From positions 144,958 through 208,957 of the forward strand of contig CBFFRP010000071.1 of the NCBI GenBank assembly GCA_965644295.1: DNA of 64,000 nt. Reading direction: 5' to 3'. How positions within the stretch are numbered: position 1 is the stretch's first letter; every line of letters starts with the position of its first letter. This document shows positions 53,252-64,000 of this stretch, in pieces. This DNA comes from Paraphysomonas bandaiensis. Its lineage: Eukaryota; Protista; Chrysophyceae. The position numbers were made by a program, and so were the translations under genes. Below the pieces are notes generated by a model. It was given only the letters and a program-made list of their open reading frames with translations. It was not told the origin of the DNA and searched no databases.

Positions 53252-53512
53252 CTAAGGTGAACATCCCGGATGCTTAACTTCAGCAGGCAGCCCAATGCCC
53301 CGGTTACCCTTGAGGTGGGCCCATTCGCCCAAAGATGTCTACACAAGTGACACTACTTAGTGAGCCTTGTACCACACAAGCATTAGGCTTCGAGTGGGCA
53401 GAACAATATCTGCTGACTATGTTTGCGGCTCACGTTAGTTTCCCGAAGAAATATCTCCGGTACTTATCCCCCAGAACACCACGAACAGGTGTGAGTTCGA
53501 CTTTGTTGAGGG
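53252..53512 (-). mobile_element. Ribozyme-headed retroposon, copy D (3' tail missing)
   Basis: Colinear with copy C from CCCTCAACAAAG to GTTCACCTTA. Confidence 0.85.
53425..53512 (-). ncRNA. Putative HDV-like ribozyme (copy D)
   Basis: CCCTCAAC AAA GTCGAACTCAC ACC TGTTCGT GGT GTTCTGGG GG ATA AGTA CCGGAGATATTTCTTCGG GAAA CTAAC GTGAGCCGC, which has nested double-pseudoknot order. Confidence 0.65.
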
Positions 53513-54063
53513 CATTAGGTGCAACTTCTTATCGTACGACTTCTTTTATGTGTTGCCAGGAATTGAACATACCTCTCTGAAATTCAAAATTAAATTGCGT
53601 AGTACAGGCAGTTTATAACTATATATAACCTTACTGCTGACTAGTTCAAATCGAGATCATTATGATAAACTTGCCGTTCTGTGACACATGTCTTGGTAGT
53701 TCTTGTAACAAAGACAATTAAGAATAAAATTACTAAGATAGCAGGGTACTCAGCATTGACTTATTTATATACATAGAGTGTGCCTGCAACCTAACTTCCT
53801 TTTAACCCTACCAATAAGGTGGGTTAGGGTTTCATACATTGTGATAATGACTTCAACAAAAATAAAATATAATGTGGGGATAAGCTACATGCGGTGTCAG
53901 TGTTCCCAGGGTATGCAACTCGGTTGTATTTAAATTTGACACTGTATAGATACTGCAATACAGTTGACAAAAACTGACATATTGTTTAAAACGATAAAAT
54001 TACACTACATAGCACTACACATATTATTCTAAATATTATAACGTAATTTTCTTGTACAACAAT

Positions 54064-54821
54064 TCATACCATTGCATTCTTGGCAGCGTCATCAGCACGA
54101 CCCATTCTAAAACAACAGTCACACAACAGCATTCCGTAGTTTTACAACAGCATCACCTTGTGGAATTTAGAACGATGGGAATTTTCGGTTTCGAAACAGA
54201 TGGATTCTTGCTGCTATTGGAGTTCAACTCATTTGACCTATCAATGGTATGGGAAGAATCTGGCTCAATGACCTGCGCCTGATATTAATGTCAGTAGATA
54301 TATTGTCATGTATACGGACCTCAGGATACGCTTCTTCTGTGGAGCACAATGTATATGTTCGTTTCATCAAAACCGATGGGCCTGGATAGCTGATATCCAG
54401 ATGGTTATCGGGTATCGAAGGCAGATCTACAGCATTCATTTCGAGTTGCGCTTGTCTAAGCTTTACTTGTTTCTCTATCTTACGACGATCTCTTAACTTA
54501 AGAGCAAGCAGCACATCCGCTTCTATAATTTCCTGATACACACACGTCAACAGACGAAGCATACACGGTCAGATCAGACTTTTCGATTGGCGTGATTTGA
54601 ATAGTCTTTCGCATCGAAGAGGACTCTCTTTGCCACTCCTTTAATATATATATACGTATACGTGAGTATCACACACACAAGAAGACTATAGACGTACGTC
54701 TGCTGTGCTCCTCTAGAGCCACAACAACACTGGGATCATATCCCTGCACCCCCAGAGACATGAGAATGCCAGCAAAAGGATCAGAGGGGGAGGATGAAGT
54801 TGACTCGGCAGTCTCGTTCAT
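54064..54821 (-). CDS. TAF9: TFIID subunit 9-like histone-fold protein
   Basis: ILMSLGVQGYDPSVVVALEEHSR..VAKRVLFDAKDYSNHANRK..IIEADVLLAL..NAVDLPSIP matches the TAF9 fold pattern. About 5 exons. Confidence 0.8.
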
Positions 54822-54880
54822 GATACATTCGAAATGTTATGAATATATATATAAGTGAGAGGCCCATGTACACACACACC

Positions 54881-55552
54881 TACATACATACATACATACA
54901 TACATACATACATACATACATACATACATACATACATACATACATACATACATACATACATACATACATACATACATACATACATACATACATACATACA
55001 TACATACATACATACATACATACATACATACATACATACATACATACATACATACATACATACATACATACATACATACATACATACATACATACATACA
55101 TACATACATACATACATACATACATACATACATACATACATACATACATACATACATACATACATACATACATACATACATACATACATACATACATACA
55201 TACATACATACATACATACATACATACATACATACATACATACATACATACATACATACATACATACATACATACATACATACATACATACATACATACA
55301 TACATACATACATACATACATACATACATACATACATACATACATACATACATACATACATACATACATACATACATACATACATACATACATACATACA
55401 TACATACATACATACATACATACATACATACATACATACATACATACATACATACATACATACATACATACATACATACATACATACATACATACATACA
55501 TACATACATACATACATACATACATACATACATACATACATACATACATACA
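54881..55552. repeat. (TACA)n microsatellite
   Basis: Perfect array filling almost the whole gap between TAF9 and the divergent gene at 55577. Confidence 0.99.
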
Positions 55553-55576
55553 TGCATAAATATTTTAATTGTTGAG

Positions 55577-55900
55577 ATGAGCATGCTTGTTCATCTACTG
55601 CCACGATTTAAGGGAAGAATTCACGTAGCAAATTCTGTCTTGACTTCATTGTCGATGGCAAACCTCGAAGTGAAACGTCTATTTGGCAGCGATATTTCTA
55701 GTCGTGAATCAGTGTTAAGTGACTGCTCTCAGGAATATGCAGTCATCAGAGTGGACACTCATGGCTGCAAAGATGTAGTACGGCAGCATATGACGAGACA
55801 GGCAGCTCTTGAGTTGGAAGCGCATTATGACGCTATGACACACCATCAAGGGTATTATGTAGTCGCTCAGAATTGTATCGAAGACGAGTTGAGACGATAG
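55577..55900 (+). CDS. 107-aa protein: transit-peptide-like N-terminus plus small bacterial-like domain
   Basis: ATG 24 bp after the array. C-terminus is YAVIRVDTHGCKDVVRQHMTRQAALELEAHYDAMTHHQGYYVV. Confidence 0.6.
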   Translation: MSMLVHLLPRFKGRIHVANSVLTSLSMANLEVKRLFGSDISSRESVLSDCSQEYAVIRVDTHGCKDVVRQHMTRQAALELEAHYDAMTHHQGYYVVAQNCIEDELRR

Positions 55901-57234
55901 TTTCGTGCCTGTCGTGCTAGGGTTATTCTTTCAGAGGTGGTAGGTATGATTCCTATGCCTCTATCTCGAAGGGGCAACTGGAAGCGTGGTGCTTATACAT
56001 CGATCTATCAGGATGTAGAAACAGTTTTCTATTGTCTAGATAGTGGGATATATACTTAGTTGTACATGGACACAGCCTGTTTGTTTTGATATGAACTGAA
56101 GTCTAATGTGGGCCGTACAGGTACCACCAGGATGTGTGCTAGAGAGATTTGTAGCGAGGCTTGAGTGTAACAAGAATTGTCTATTCAAAGCGAATGAGTA
56201 GAAAGCTCTATGCTGACGACAGCCATGTAGTCAGCCTAAATGATGCTAACGCGCTCTCCTTTGAGTAAGACTTCTAATGTGCTGTGAAAGTGTTGCTCAT
56301 CACTCGCATAGAGTTGGTCATATACTATTTGCCTTCTACAATTGCAAGTTTCTTCTTGTAGTAGATTACAACTGCACTGTTCCCATTCTTGAAGTCTGCA
56401 TCGTTAGAATAGATATATACCTGGCTTCTGTCATATTCAAATCTATTAATTATAATGGTCAGATCTGATAAAATAATATGTTGTACTGCAACTATATTTC
56501 AAATTTAACATTCCGTATAAGGAGTAAGAACAGATTATTAGAATGGGACACACTAGCAGATATACAACAAGTATATCGTGTTCTGCGATAGTAGAATAAT
56601 AATAAAACTGTCTTGCAGTTACTCAAGGTTATAGCTACTTAGTATGATGTCTTCAAATGAAGTCCCGCAGTATTTGGACACTTACATTAAATACCATCGG
56701 CGATATCGTTTAAGCTTTGATATTACTTTGCCCTCATATAAGGGAGTACTCACCTTAATACAGCACCTATACGTTTAGCTGCACGCAGCAATTGACTTCA
56801 ATCTCAATCAACTCTACTGTTTCATGTTGAGTCATCTGATCATTAGTGAGCTCATACTGTTTTCACACTGTAACCGCTGAATAAAAACTCATGTCTACAT
56901 TCAAATAGAATATAACTCCATTCGATAAATAGCCCGTTGATCCGTTGAATGACTGCACTGTTTCGTACTTTGGATTCATAGCAATATCCTCCATAATATC
57001 TACGAGTAGCAATAGGTAGCACTCTATGAGTACGTGGTACAAAGGTACAGCTGTACATCGAGATAAGAGAGTACAGTGATATACGTGATGCAGTACGCTA
57101 AAAGTACAGCGAGTTGTCGTCGTGCAGTACGATTACACTCATCGTATAGTACACCTCTCATACATGACAGTTATAGGGAGGACCGGCATCCATCTCTCTC
57201 ATAGAACTCACAGATTCACTTCGCACACACAATC

Positions 57235-58542
57235 ATGGAACTACTTCACTTAAGGCAGTCCGTGGGAATGATGCTTGCTAAGATGCACAGCGGTACCGAT
57301 GAAGAGAAGGCGAAGGCATCTGCGTCTCTCGCATATATGGCCAACAACCCATCTATGCAGGTGCCTCTTATGCAGCTGGGTACGCTAGATGCTCTTAATT
57401 CATTGCTTGTGGATGGATCAGAGATCGTTAAGGCTTCCAGTGCAGCGGTCATCGGCGGTATCGCGACACCAGAAGAAAATAAATTAAAGACAGTGGAGGC
57501 GGGATGCATTCCCCCACTGATGTCACTGCTATCTGATGAATCCACTAAATTAAGAGAAGTTTCTGCTGGTGCCATACGAAATATTGCTAATTCGCCTGAA
57601 ACTAGAGTACTTGTTTTCGACTCAGGTGTTGTTGGCCCCCTTATTAGTCTTTTGGGTGAGAAGAACTCTGAGACATCTAAAGTTACATCTGCACAGGCAC
57701 TCACGAGTATATCATTGGCGAATGAAAACAAAGAGCGCATGGTTGAAGCTGGTTGTTTAGATGTTGTAGTGCCTTTATTAGAGGATAGTTTGAAGGTTCA
57801 ATCAGCTGTCTGTGGTCTCTTAGCGAGCCTATCTATGGCCCCTCCCAATCATTGCAAGATCTTAGCGGCGGGTGCTTTACGTCATTTGGTGCGCCTTTTT
57901 TCTGTGGATGATGATACCATTAAATACCGCTCTGGTGGCGTGATTGTGAATCTATCCGCAAATTCGGAAACTCACGAAGAGCTTCTCTCAGCTAAACTAC
58001 TGCCTGTGCTTGTGCAGACACTGACCTCCGGCTCTGATGTTCTAAAAGAAATTAGTGCACACATTCTAGCAAATGTGTGTGGTACAGAAGGATGTCGTGA
58101 GCGTGTACTTGAATGTGGAGCATTGGAACCACTTGTTAGCGCTCTCCAGAGTCCACCAACTGAGCAGACCGCAGTTGCTGCAGACAGGGCCCTAACATTC
58201 CTTGGGGTGTATGATATGATACAGCAGCAGCAGAAAGACGAGTCCATAGCTGGAATAGACAAAGCTACTTTTGAGGCCGCTTCTGTGGAAGAACAAAAGA
58301 AAATGATTGGTCCGCGACTTCATCAACTAGTTATGCAGCTACAACCTAAATTTGCACCCATGATTACCGGGGTATTACTACAATTGGACAGCATGGTTCT
58401 GTTGCAATTGTTAGAGTCTCGAGAGCATCTGGAAAAAGCCACAACAGAAGCAATGAACCTTATAACCACTCGCATGCAACAGCAAAGTACTGTGTCATCT
58501 AATCCTGAAACTTTGAGTACGGAGACAGTAGAAAAGAAATAA
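57235..58542 (+). CDS. Armadillo-repeat protein with C-terminal MLLE/PABC domain
   Basis: About 7-8 ARM repeats (e.g. GCIPPLMSLL..SAGAIRNIA). EEQKKMIGPRLHQLV..APMITGVLLQLD..LLQLLES fits MLLE. Intronless. Confidence 0.88.
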   Translation: MELLHLRQSVGMMLAKMHSGTDEEKAKASASLAYMANNPSMQVPLMQLGTLDALNSLLVDGSEIVKASSAAVIGGIATPEENKLKTVEAGCIPPLMSLLSDESTKLREVSAGAIRNIANSPETRVLVFDSGVVGPLISLLGEKNSETSKVTSAQALTSISLANENKERMVEAGCLDVVVPLLEDSLKVQSAVCGLLASLSMAPPNHCKILAAGALRHLVRLFSVDDDTIKYRSGGVIVNLSANSETHEELLSAKLLPVLVQTLTSGSDVLKEISAHILANVCGTEGCRERVLECGALEPLVSALQSPPTEQTAVAADRALTFLGVYDMIQQQQKDESIAGIDKATFEAASVEEQKKMIGPRLHQLVMQLQPKFAPMITGVLLQLDSMVLLQLLESREHLEKATTEAMNLITTRMQQQSTVSSNPETLSTETVEKK

Positions 58543-58801
58543 TTATGTGGAGAATAACTGTAATTATGTTTTATTGCAATTTTATTCCAGCTTGTTGTCG
58601 TTTATCTGATCTAAGTGCAAGAATGACCATGTGCCGGTTTATTCATCATGCTGATAACAAATTTGTTCTGGCCTAATAAAGCAGATTTGTCTAGAAATCA
58701 ACAACATTATTTCATAATTCTACATGAAATTCATTTCTTAATATTCCTCCAAAAGGATATGGTATAGCTGGATATGTACCACAGATGCAGCAAGCAATAT
58801 T

Positions 58802-60112
58802 TTAATAGTCAAACGCGTTCGCCATTTCCTGAATATTTTTCGCACCATTGTCGATCCATTTCTTCCCTCCAGTGAATATATTAGCCGTAATTACTGCAGT
58901 TGTGTCTTTTCCAAACTCCACTTGGGTCTTGTCTTGATGAAAGTTGTTGCCATTAAGTTGGAGTTTCCCACTGCGCAGCCGAATGGCTGCTGCTTCGGAA
59001 TTATTTCCCTGCTCAGCCCACTCCACAAACTCGCAGGAGGTGAACGATGCCAAGCCAGATCCTGCTATATCCGCCACAGATTGAGAAGGTCCCCAAAATG
59101 CACTATTCACAAATTTCACCGGACCTGTATTTGTATCTGCTACCACAACATGATTGCTTACTGCAGTACTGTCCGGGAGCCAGGCGTCGTTATACCACGA
59201 TGTAAACTCCCCGTTAGTGATAAGAAGACCAAATGGTTGCAGATCCTCTACATATACTGAAGCATTTACAGCTAAGTCTGCACCGATCCCCACAAAATTA
59301 CCATTCATTGCCCCACTATCTGTTGCTATGAAGTGATAGCCAATGGCATATCCAAATGAAAATGTATTCAGCACGTACTCCCAGTCGCTGCGACCGAGCA
59401 CGAAAGACCTCCCATGAACAAGTTGATATTCAATAAACGGGTGTAACTGGCAAAACCATGGGTTGAAATGAACGTCCTCAATACGACCAATATCATATGT
59501 CGAGTCGATATACAGTCCGATATTCAGAGGCTGTCCTTGAACTCTCGCGATATAGTGTCTATGTGCTCCAACAGCAAGAATACCATTGTAAGAATTGAGC
59601 AACTCGACATCACGTACTGAAGGATTATTTCCCGACATTGAAATCGAATATGGGTACTGTACTGGAGCCGGCTGATCACACGCTTGCTCGGGATAGTAGA
59701 TCGCAAGTCCCTGTACAGCTGAATTGGCAGTCATAGTGATAAAGGCTGGAGTAGAAGATGTTTCATCCTCTCCACGGCCTTCCGTGGGGAGAAGTATTGT
59801 ACCATCATCAAGCGCAGGATCGCCCATACCAATAGGATGGGACGGTACACTAGTGAAGGATCCCTGTAGCGTAACGCCACGTGGTATAGAGATGTGACCC
59901 TTGAAATGATAGCAGCCTCTAGGAACGTATACAGAGGACGATTCTTTGCTAGAAGCATCGTCTAGTGCTTCCTGAAAAGGGATGGTATTATCATATGAGT
60001 TCGCGGCATCACAGCTGGAAGATACGGCGCCGTAGTCCAATACATTCAACGGTTGTCCCTTGACCGCACACACCCCTATAGATACCAGAATAAGAACAAT
60101 AACACCATGCAT
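58802..60112 (-). CDS. Secreted parallel beta-helix carbohydrate-active protein (Pectate_lyase_3 / GH55/GH28-related fold)
   Basis: Signal peptide. NVLDYGA..DNTIPFQEALD..VYVPRGCY..IPRGVTLQG. DIGRIEDVHFNPW. Intronless. Confidence 0.85.
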   Translation of the reverse strand: MHGVIVLILVSIGVCAVKGQPLNVLDYGAVSSSCDAANSYDNTIPFQEALDDASSKESSSVYVPRGCYHFKGHISIPRGVTLQGSFTSVPSHPIGMGDPALDDGTILLPTEGRGEDETSSTPAFITMTANSAVQGLAIYYPEQACDQPAPVQYPYSISMSGNNPSVRDVELLNSYNGILAVGAHRHYIARVQGQPLNIGLYIDSTYDIGRIEDVHFNPWFCQLHPFIEYQLVHGRSFVLGRSDWEYVLNTFSFGYAIGYHFIATDSGAMNGNFVGIGADLAVNASVYVEDLQPFGLLITNGEFTSWYNDAWLPDSTAVSNHVVVADTNTGPVKFVNSAFWGPSQSVADIAGSGLASFTSCEFVEWAEQGNNSEAAAIRLRSGKLQLNGNNFHQDKTQVEFGKDTTAVITANIFTGGKKWIDNGAKNIQEMANAFDY

Positions 60113-60319
60113 CGATAGATGTGGTGGATGAGAATGGGGTTTATGAAATGGTTATAGTCTAACTTGATCCACAGATATATCGAACACATCGCTCTGGATA
60201 GTGATATCTACAGAACAACCGTACCTATATACCTGCCAACGTACTCACGTACAGAAGTACGTATATAACTGTGTGTTCTCTGTTGTACAATTGAAGTACA
60301 ATGTGCAATCGGCCCACTA

Positions 60320-62146
60320 CAGCGCATTCTCGATATATCGCGGAAAGTGTCCTGGAGAGGAAATCGCGATATATCGCAATATCGCGATATACAATTTAAT
60401 AGTAAAATACAGCACTGTATTCCGCAAAGTCATAGAGAACAAGTTTAAGGAGCTTAAGACTGTGCAATATATCCACAATGTCGTGTCTGTATAGCATAGT
60501 ACTCCTTGTACTGAATGGCACATGCAAAGAATTTGTGAAATAAGTTACTAATATATCATTATTTATGGAATTTATGGTATTCAATTTCTTAACACACTTA
60601 CTACATTCCTAGCTAACAATAAGATAAAATTATTAAATTTCATGGACTTCAGAACCTTTAGTACGTGCTGAAAAAAACTGATGCAGAGAAGTTTGTACCT
60701 TAGAATGATTCTTGTGCCTTTCTGTATGAATATTATTCTGCACTTTTCTGAGGACCTCAATATGCGCTGTTGAATGCCCCTCCTGGGTAGCATAATCGAG
60801 TAACACTAAAACAGCATTGTCGGCTTGCACAGCAGTAATAGCACTATCATTTCCATTGGTGTTAATACAATCCTCCTCGTCATCGTCATCGCCTTCGTCC
60901 TCTAAAGACATTGACTGCTGAAGTGCAGTGATACTGCTCTTATTTGTTCTTCATTATGTCTCATTATAATAAAGAATTGATCTTTATAATAGTAAAACAA
61001 TGTTGTGATTATTAGAGTGTTAGTAATGAACACGATAGAGTGAAAATTATGAATAACAATATAGAACATAGCAATATTCAACCTATGTTGTACAGATGGT
61101 ATGTACAAACTTAAGCATATACAATAGAGAGCTCATATAGCATAAAATAACCTGATAGCTGGTTCTTACACGCATTAAGGTTTCCGTAAATTGAATTATT
61201 AGTACTTGTCTTATAATGTCACTTGATAATGAAACCCTACTGCTTAACCAATTAAAAGTTTTCTCATACTCATCCTCTGTATCAAAGTTTGACATTATAT
61301 GAGAAGTATTAACTTAACAACAGAAGGTAAACTTATACTCAATGCTTCAATTCAGCTTTCAATTGCCTGCACTTCGATGTTCACTCCAAAGTCATATTAT
61401 GCATTCGTTTGAGGTAAATATCCCCCAGTGCATTTTCCTTAGTGTACTCTTCAGTAAGTGCCAAATATGTCTCCGCCTTTTTCGGCTTTTGCCCAAGTTT
61501 CAATCAGGTGTCCAAGTGTTGCTATTTGTGAACTCCATGCATTCTCAGGGAATGACTCCAGAATGGTCTTATGAGCCTCCTGTTATTGAGGGTATGTAAC
61601 GAAGAAATTTCTCAATAACAGGTATTCGAAGTTCTTGCAGCACGCGACATTGAATATCATGAGACATATATCCTTCTTATGAGCAGACGTCCTTCGATGA
61701 GAGAAAAAGACTCTTGCGCATCATTACATTTCATCCTCAGGTTCGCATTCAACGAGAGTGTCGTCGACAGGATCTTATATTGACTCACTATCACTCATGT
61801 TATCAATAAATGTGATTAATATACTATGGATATATGTTCATCTAGAGGTTTTTATGCTCCCCAAAATCCTTACCATTCCAAATTTTACCCCCCCACTCTC
61901 TCTCCAGGGTAAGCATTTTGGTAAGCATTTTCAAAAACTTACCCGGAAAATGCTTACCAGGGTGAACAGAAATTGATTTTCGGCGTTTTTCGGTAAGGAA
62001 TGCTTACCAAAAAAATGCTTACCCTTGTAACAGAAAATGACCTCAGTTTTTCATTAGAGTTATGTGTGATGAAGTGTCCTGGACCAAAATCCGCGATATA
62101 AAAGGGTATCGCGATATACATACCGCGATATATCGAGAATGCGCTG
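60320..62146 (-). mobile_element. Decayed pogo/Tigger-like (Tc1/mariner) DNA transposon
   Basis: 24-bp TIR CAGCGCATTCTCGATATATCGCGG with TA on both flanks and subterminal CGCGATATA repeats. Broken minus-strand coding remnants end in the Tigger-like KVQTSLHQFF. Confidence 0.88.
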
Positions 62147-62645
62147 TACGTCATAGTATACCACACCGTCACACCGTACCATATGCACGCTGCTACCCAA
62201 AAGATACCTCTCGTTTTTGACAATATCTATAGCTCACACACAGCCAATGATTATCTTTTAAGTTGATATGGTTGGTGTATAATATCAAAGAATGCCCGTC
62301 GTCAGAAAAACGAAACGTTTAGTGGATATGGGTATTTACGGTCTGTAGTACGGCCAGACTGTATGAGTGTGTGTATACTAGCATACACATACATACAAAT
62401 ACACAGCCAGAGCAGGAGAGTGGAGAGTGTATGTATGTATGGACTGACTCGGAACATGACAACACGATAGAGCTTCCATACCACCACTATAATTCCTTGC
62501 TAGTTAAACCTTAGACTATTACCGTATGAGTGGGTCTGCATCTGTGTATTAATCTGAACAGACACATATATACTGCGCTGTATATATCATTCGACGCCAT
62601 ACGATCATACATACGACACATAGAAGCACACACGCATAGGCTGCC

Positions 62646-63569
62646 ATGTCCACATCAGGTAATTCCAGCTTCTCATCTGCAATGAGTCGAAGGAAAGAGG
62701 CTCATACAGGAAGCGCTTCATTTAGAGATAAACTGGTAGATATATATATCTGCGTGCGATGCGGCTGTTTCTGATGTGTGTATTTAATAGGACCGATTTG
62801 AGGAGTATCCGGACGTGAGACACCGGACGCTGATACGAGAGGAGAATCGGAATAGTCATATAGGCCCAGGAACTTATGATGTTAACGACAGGTACTGCCC
62901 CATAATAATTGATTAGTCTTTTATATGAATTGATATGTGGATTCTAGAGCTGGGAGTCGGATGCACAGAGTCCGGTCTCCAGTGATGTATCGCCAAACCG
63001 ATTCCCAGTATACAGACAAAACTTTCATATCCGCTGCCCCTCCTGTTGGAACCTATGATGTACGGATGTATTTGCTTAATTACATATGGAGTGTGACGAT
63101 TGATATGTAGATTCCCCGAATCATGTCTCCTCCTACTGTGCCGTCCAAGAGAGTACAACATACGTCGTCTTTCAAAACCAGCGGCCGAGAGCGGGGCCTT
63201 CTCTCCAATGCAGTCCTATATCAGACTCTTAATGAGGACAAGACTATGTCCAACATTGGTCCAGGAATGTATGACCTATCTCAATGTCCAAGCTATATGG
63301 GTCAGCAACTTATTAGTCCCACGAAGTCCGACCGGCGCTACAGAGCGCATCGCGCGCGTGACGCACAAGAGCGCGACAGTCGACCGAGTACTGGAGAATC
63401 TTCACCGCATAATGATAAACCACGTATCAGTGATATATTCTTGGAATCACGGAATAGTCGTCCGTCGTCCCCTAGTCCCGTCTCTGCTCTCTTCACACAA
63501 ATCTCTTTTTCCCCTGCTGAGAGGATGATGGAGATACAGAGTGTGCGGGATCTTCCGGACTACAAGTAA
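62646..63569 (+). CDS. SHIPPO/ODF3-like PGP(G)-repeat protein (probably ciliary)
   Basis: IGPGTYDV, PPVGTYD and IGPGMYDL repeats across about 4 exons. Confidence 0.65.
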
Positions 63570-64000
63570 CATGATATGTTGATCATTGTTCAGAGAACTA
63601 TCAGTTGTACGCGAAGTGATAGTATCATTTATATGTATACTCAATTTGTATGGTTGTGGGAGTTTTGAGTTTGTTTTTGTGGTTTCCATTGTACAGCTTG
63701 GCTGTGTAGTGATGCAACCTGCACTCAAGTGTGACATTTGTGGTCAGTAATTTTGTGTGAAATTAGACTGTTTTCCTTGACGTATGATGTATAGCCAATG
63801 CAAACAACATACGAGCATGTTACTCATCAAACTAATAATATATGATTTTCTATGTGAATCTTAGAATGAAATTCTTATTAATATAGTTGGTAGTGTATAA
63901 CAATGGATTTCTTCAATCAGTACTGTGCAGAGAACTCAATGCAGCCAAAGGAACATCTCTAGACCTTCGGATGTTGTTATTGTTGAGCACTGAAGGGTTA

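Noticed and set aside
53490-53503. tRNA box-B-like GTTCGACT suggesting a tRNA-derived SINE head
   Set aside because: Antisense to the element, not conserved in the other copies, and no cloverleaf or box A.
53800-53832. Telomere-like TAACCCT / GGGTTAGGG (also ~27175-27187)
   Set aside because: Only one or two units; not an array.
54818-55604. Long ORFs of (MYVC)n/(TYIH)n, also at 24822-25350 and 39334-40116
   Set aside because: They are translations of stop-free (TACA)n microsatellites.

Overview
This is eukaryotic nuclear DNA with compact genes and short (about 40-55 nt) GT-AG introns. Gene content suggests a stramenopile-type protist (inference). About 18 protein-coding genes are visible: a giant STAND/NB-ARC-PX-TPR protein, an MRH-GH47(EDEM)-PA fusion, an orphan receiver-domain protein, a Spef1-like CH protein, SF1/BBP, NOC2, a PH protein, a WW+CHCHD2-like protein, a 4-TM protein, an EF-hand-like protein, a MAP2K, TAF9, an ARM+MLLE protein, a bacterial-like beta-helix enzyme, a SHIPPO-repeat protein and several unknowns. 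The intergenic DNA is rich in mobile elements. A 5'-truncated RNase H-encoding LINE (28714-36048, 12-bp TSD) carries two nested insertions, and there are hAT MITEs and a decayed pogo-like element. The most notable feature is a ~600-bp non-autonomous retroposon family (4 copies with the head, 2 tail-only insertions). Its 5' ~88 nt fold by eye into an HDV-like ribozyme resembling the trypanosomatid L1Tc/ingi 5' signature, and its 3' tail is shared with the LINE. Three long (TACA)n arrays sit 59-114 bp upstream of the start codons of housekeeping genes. Exon boundaries and RNA folds were read manually and are not computationally verified.
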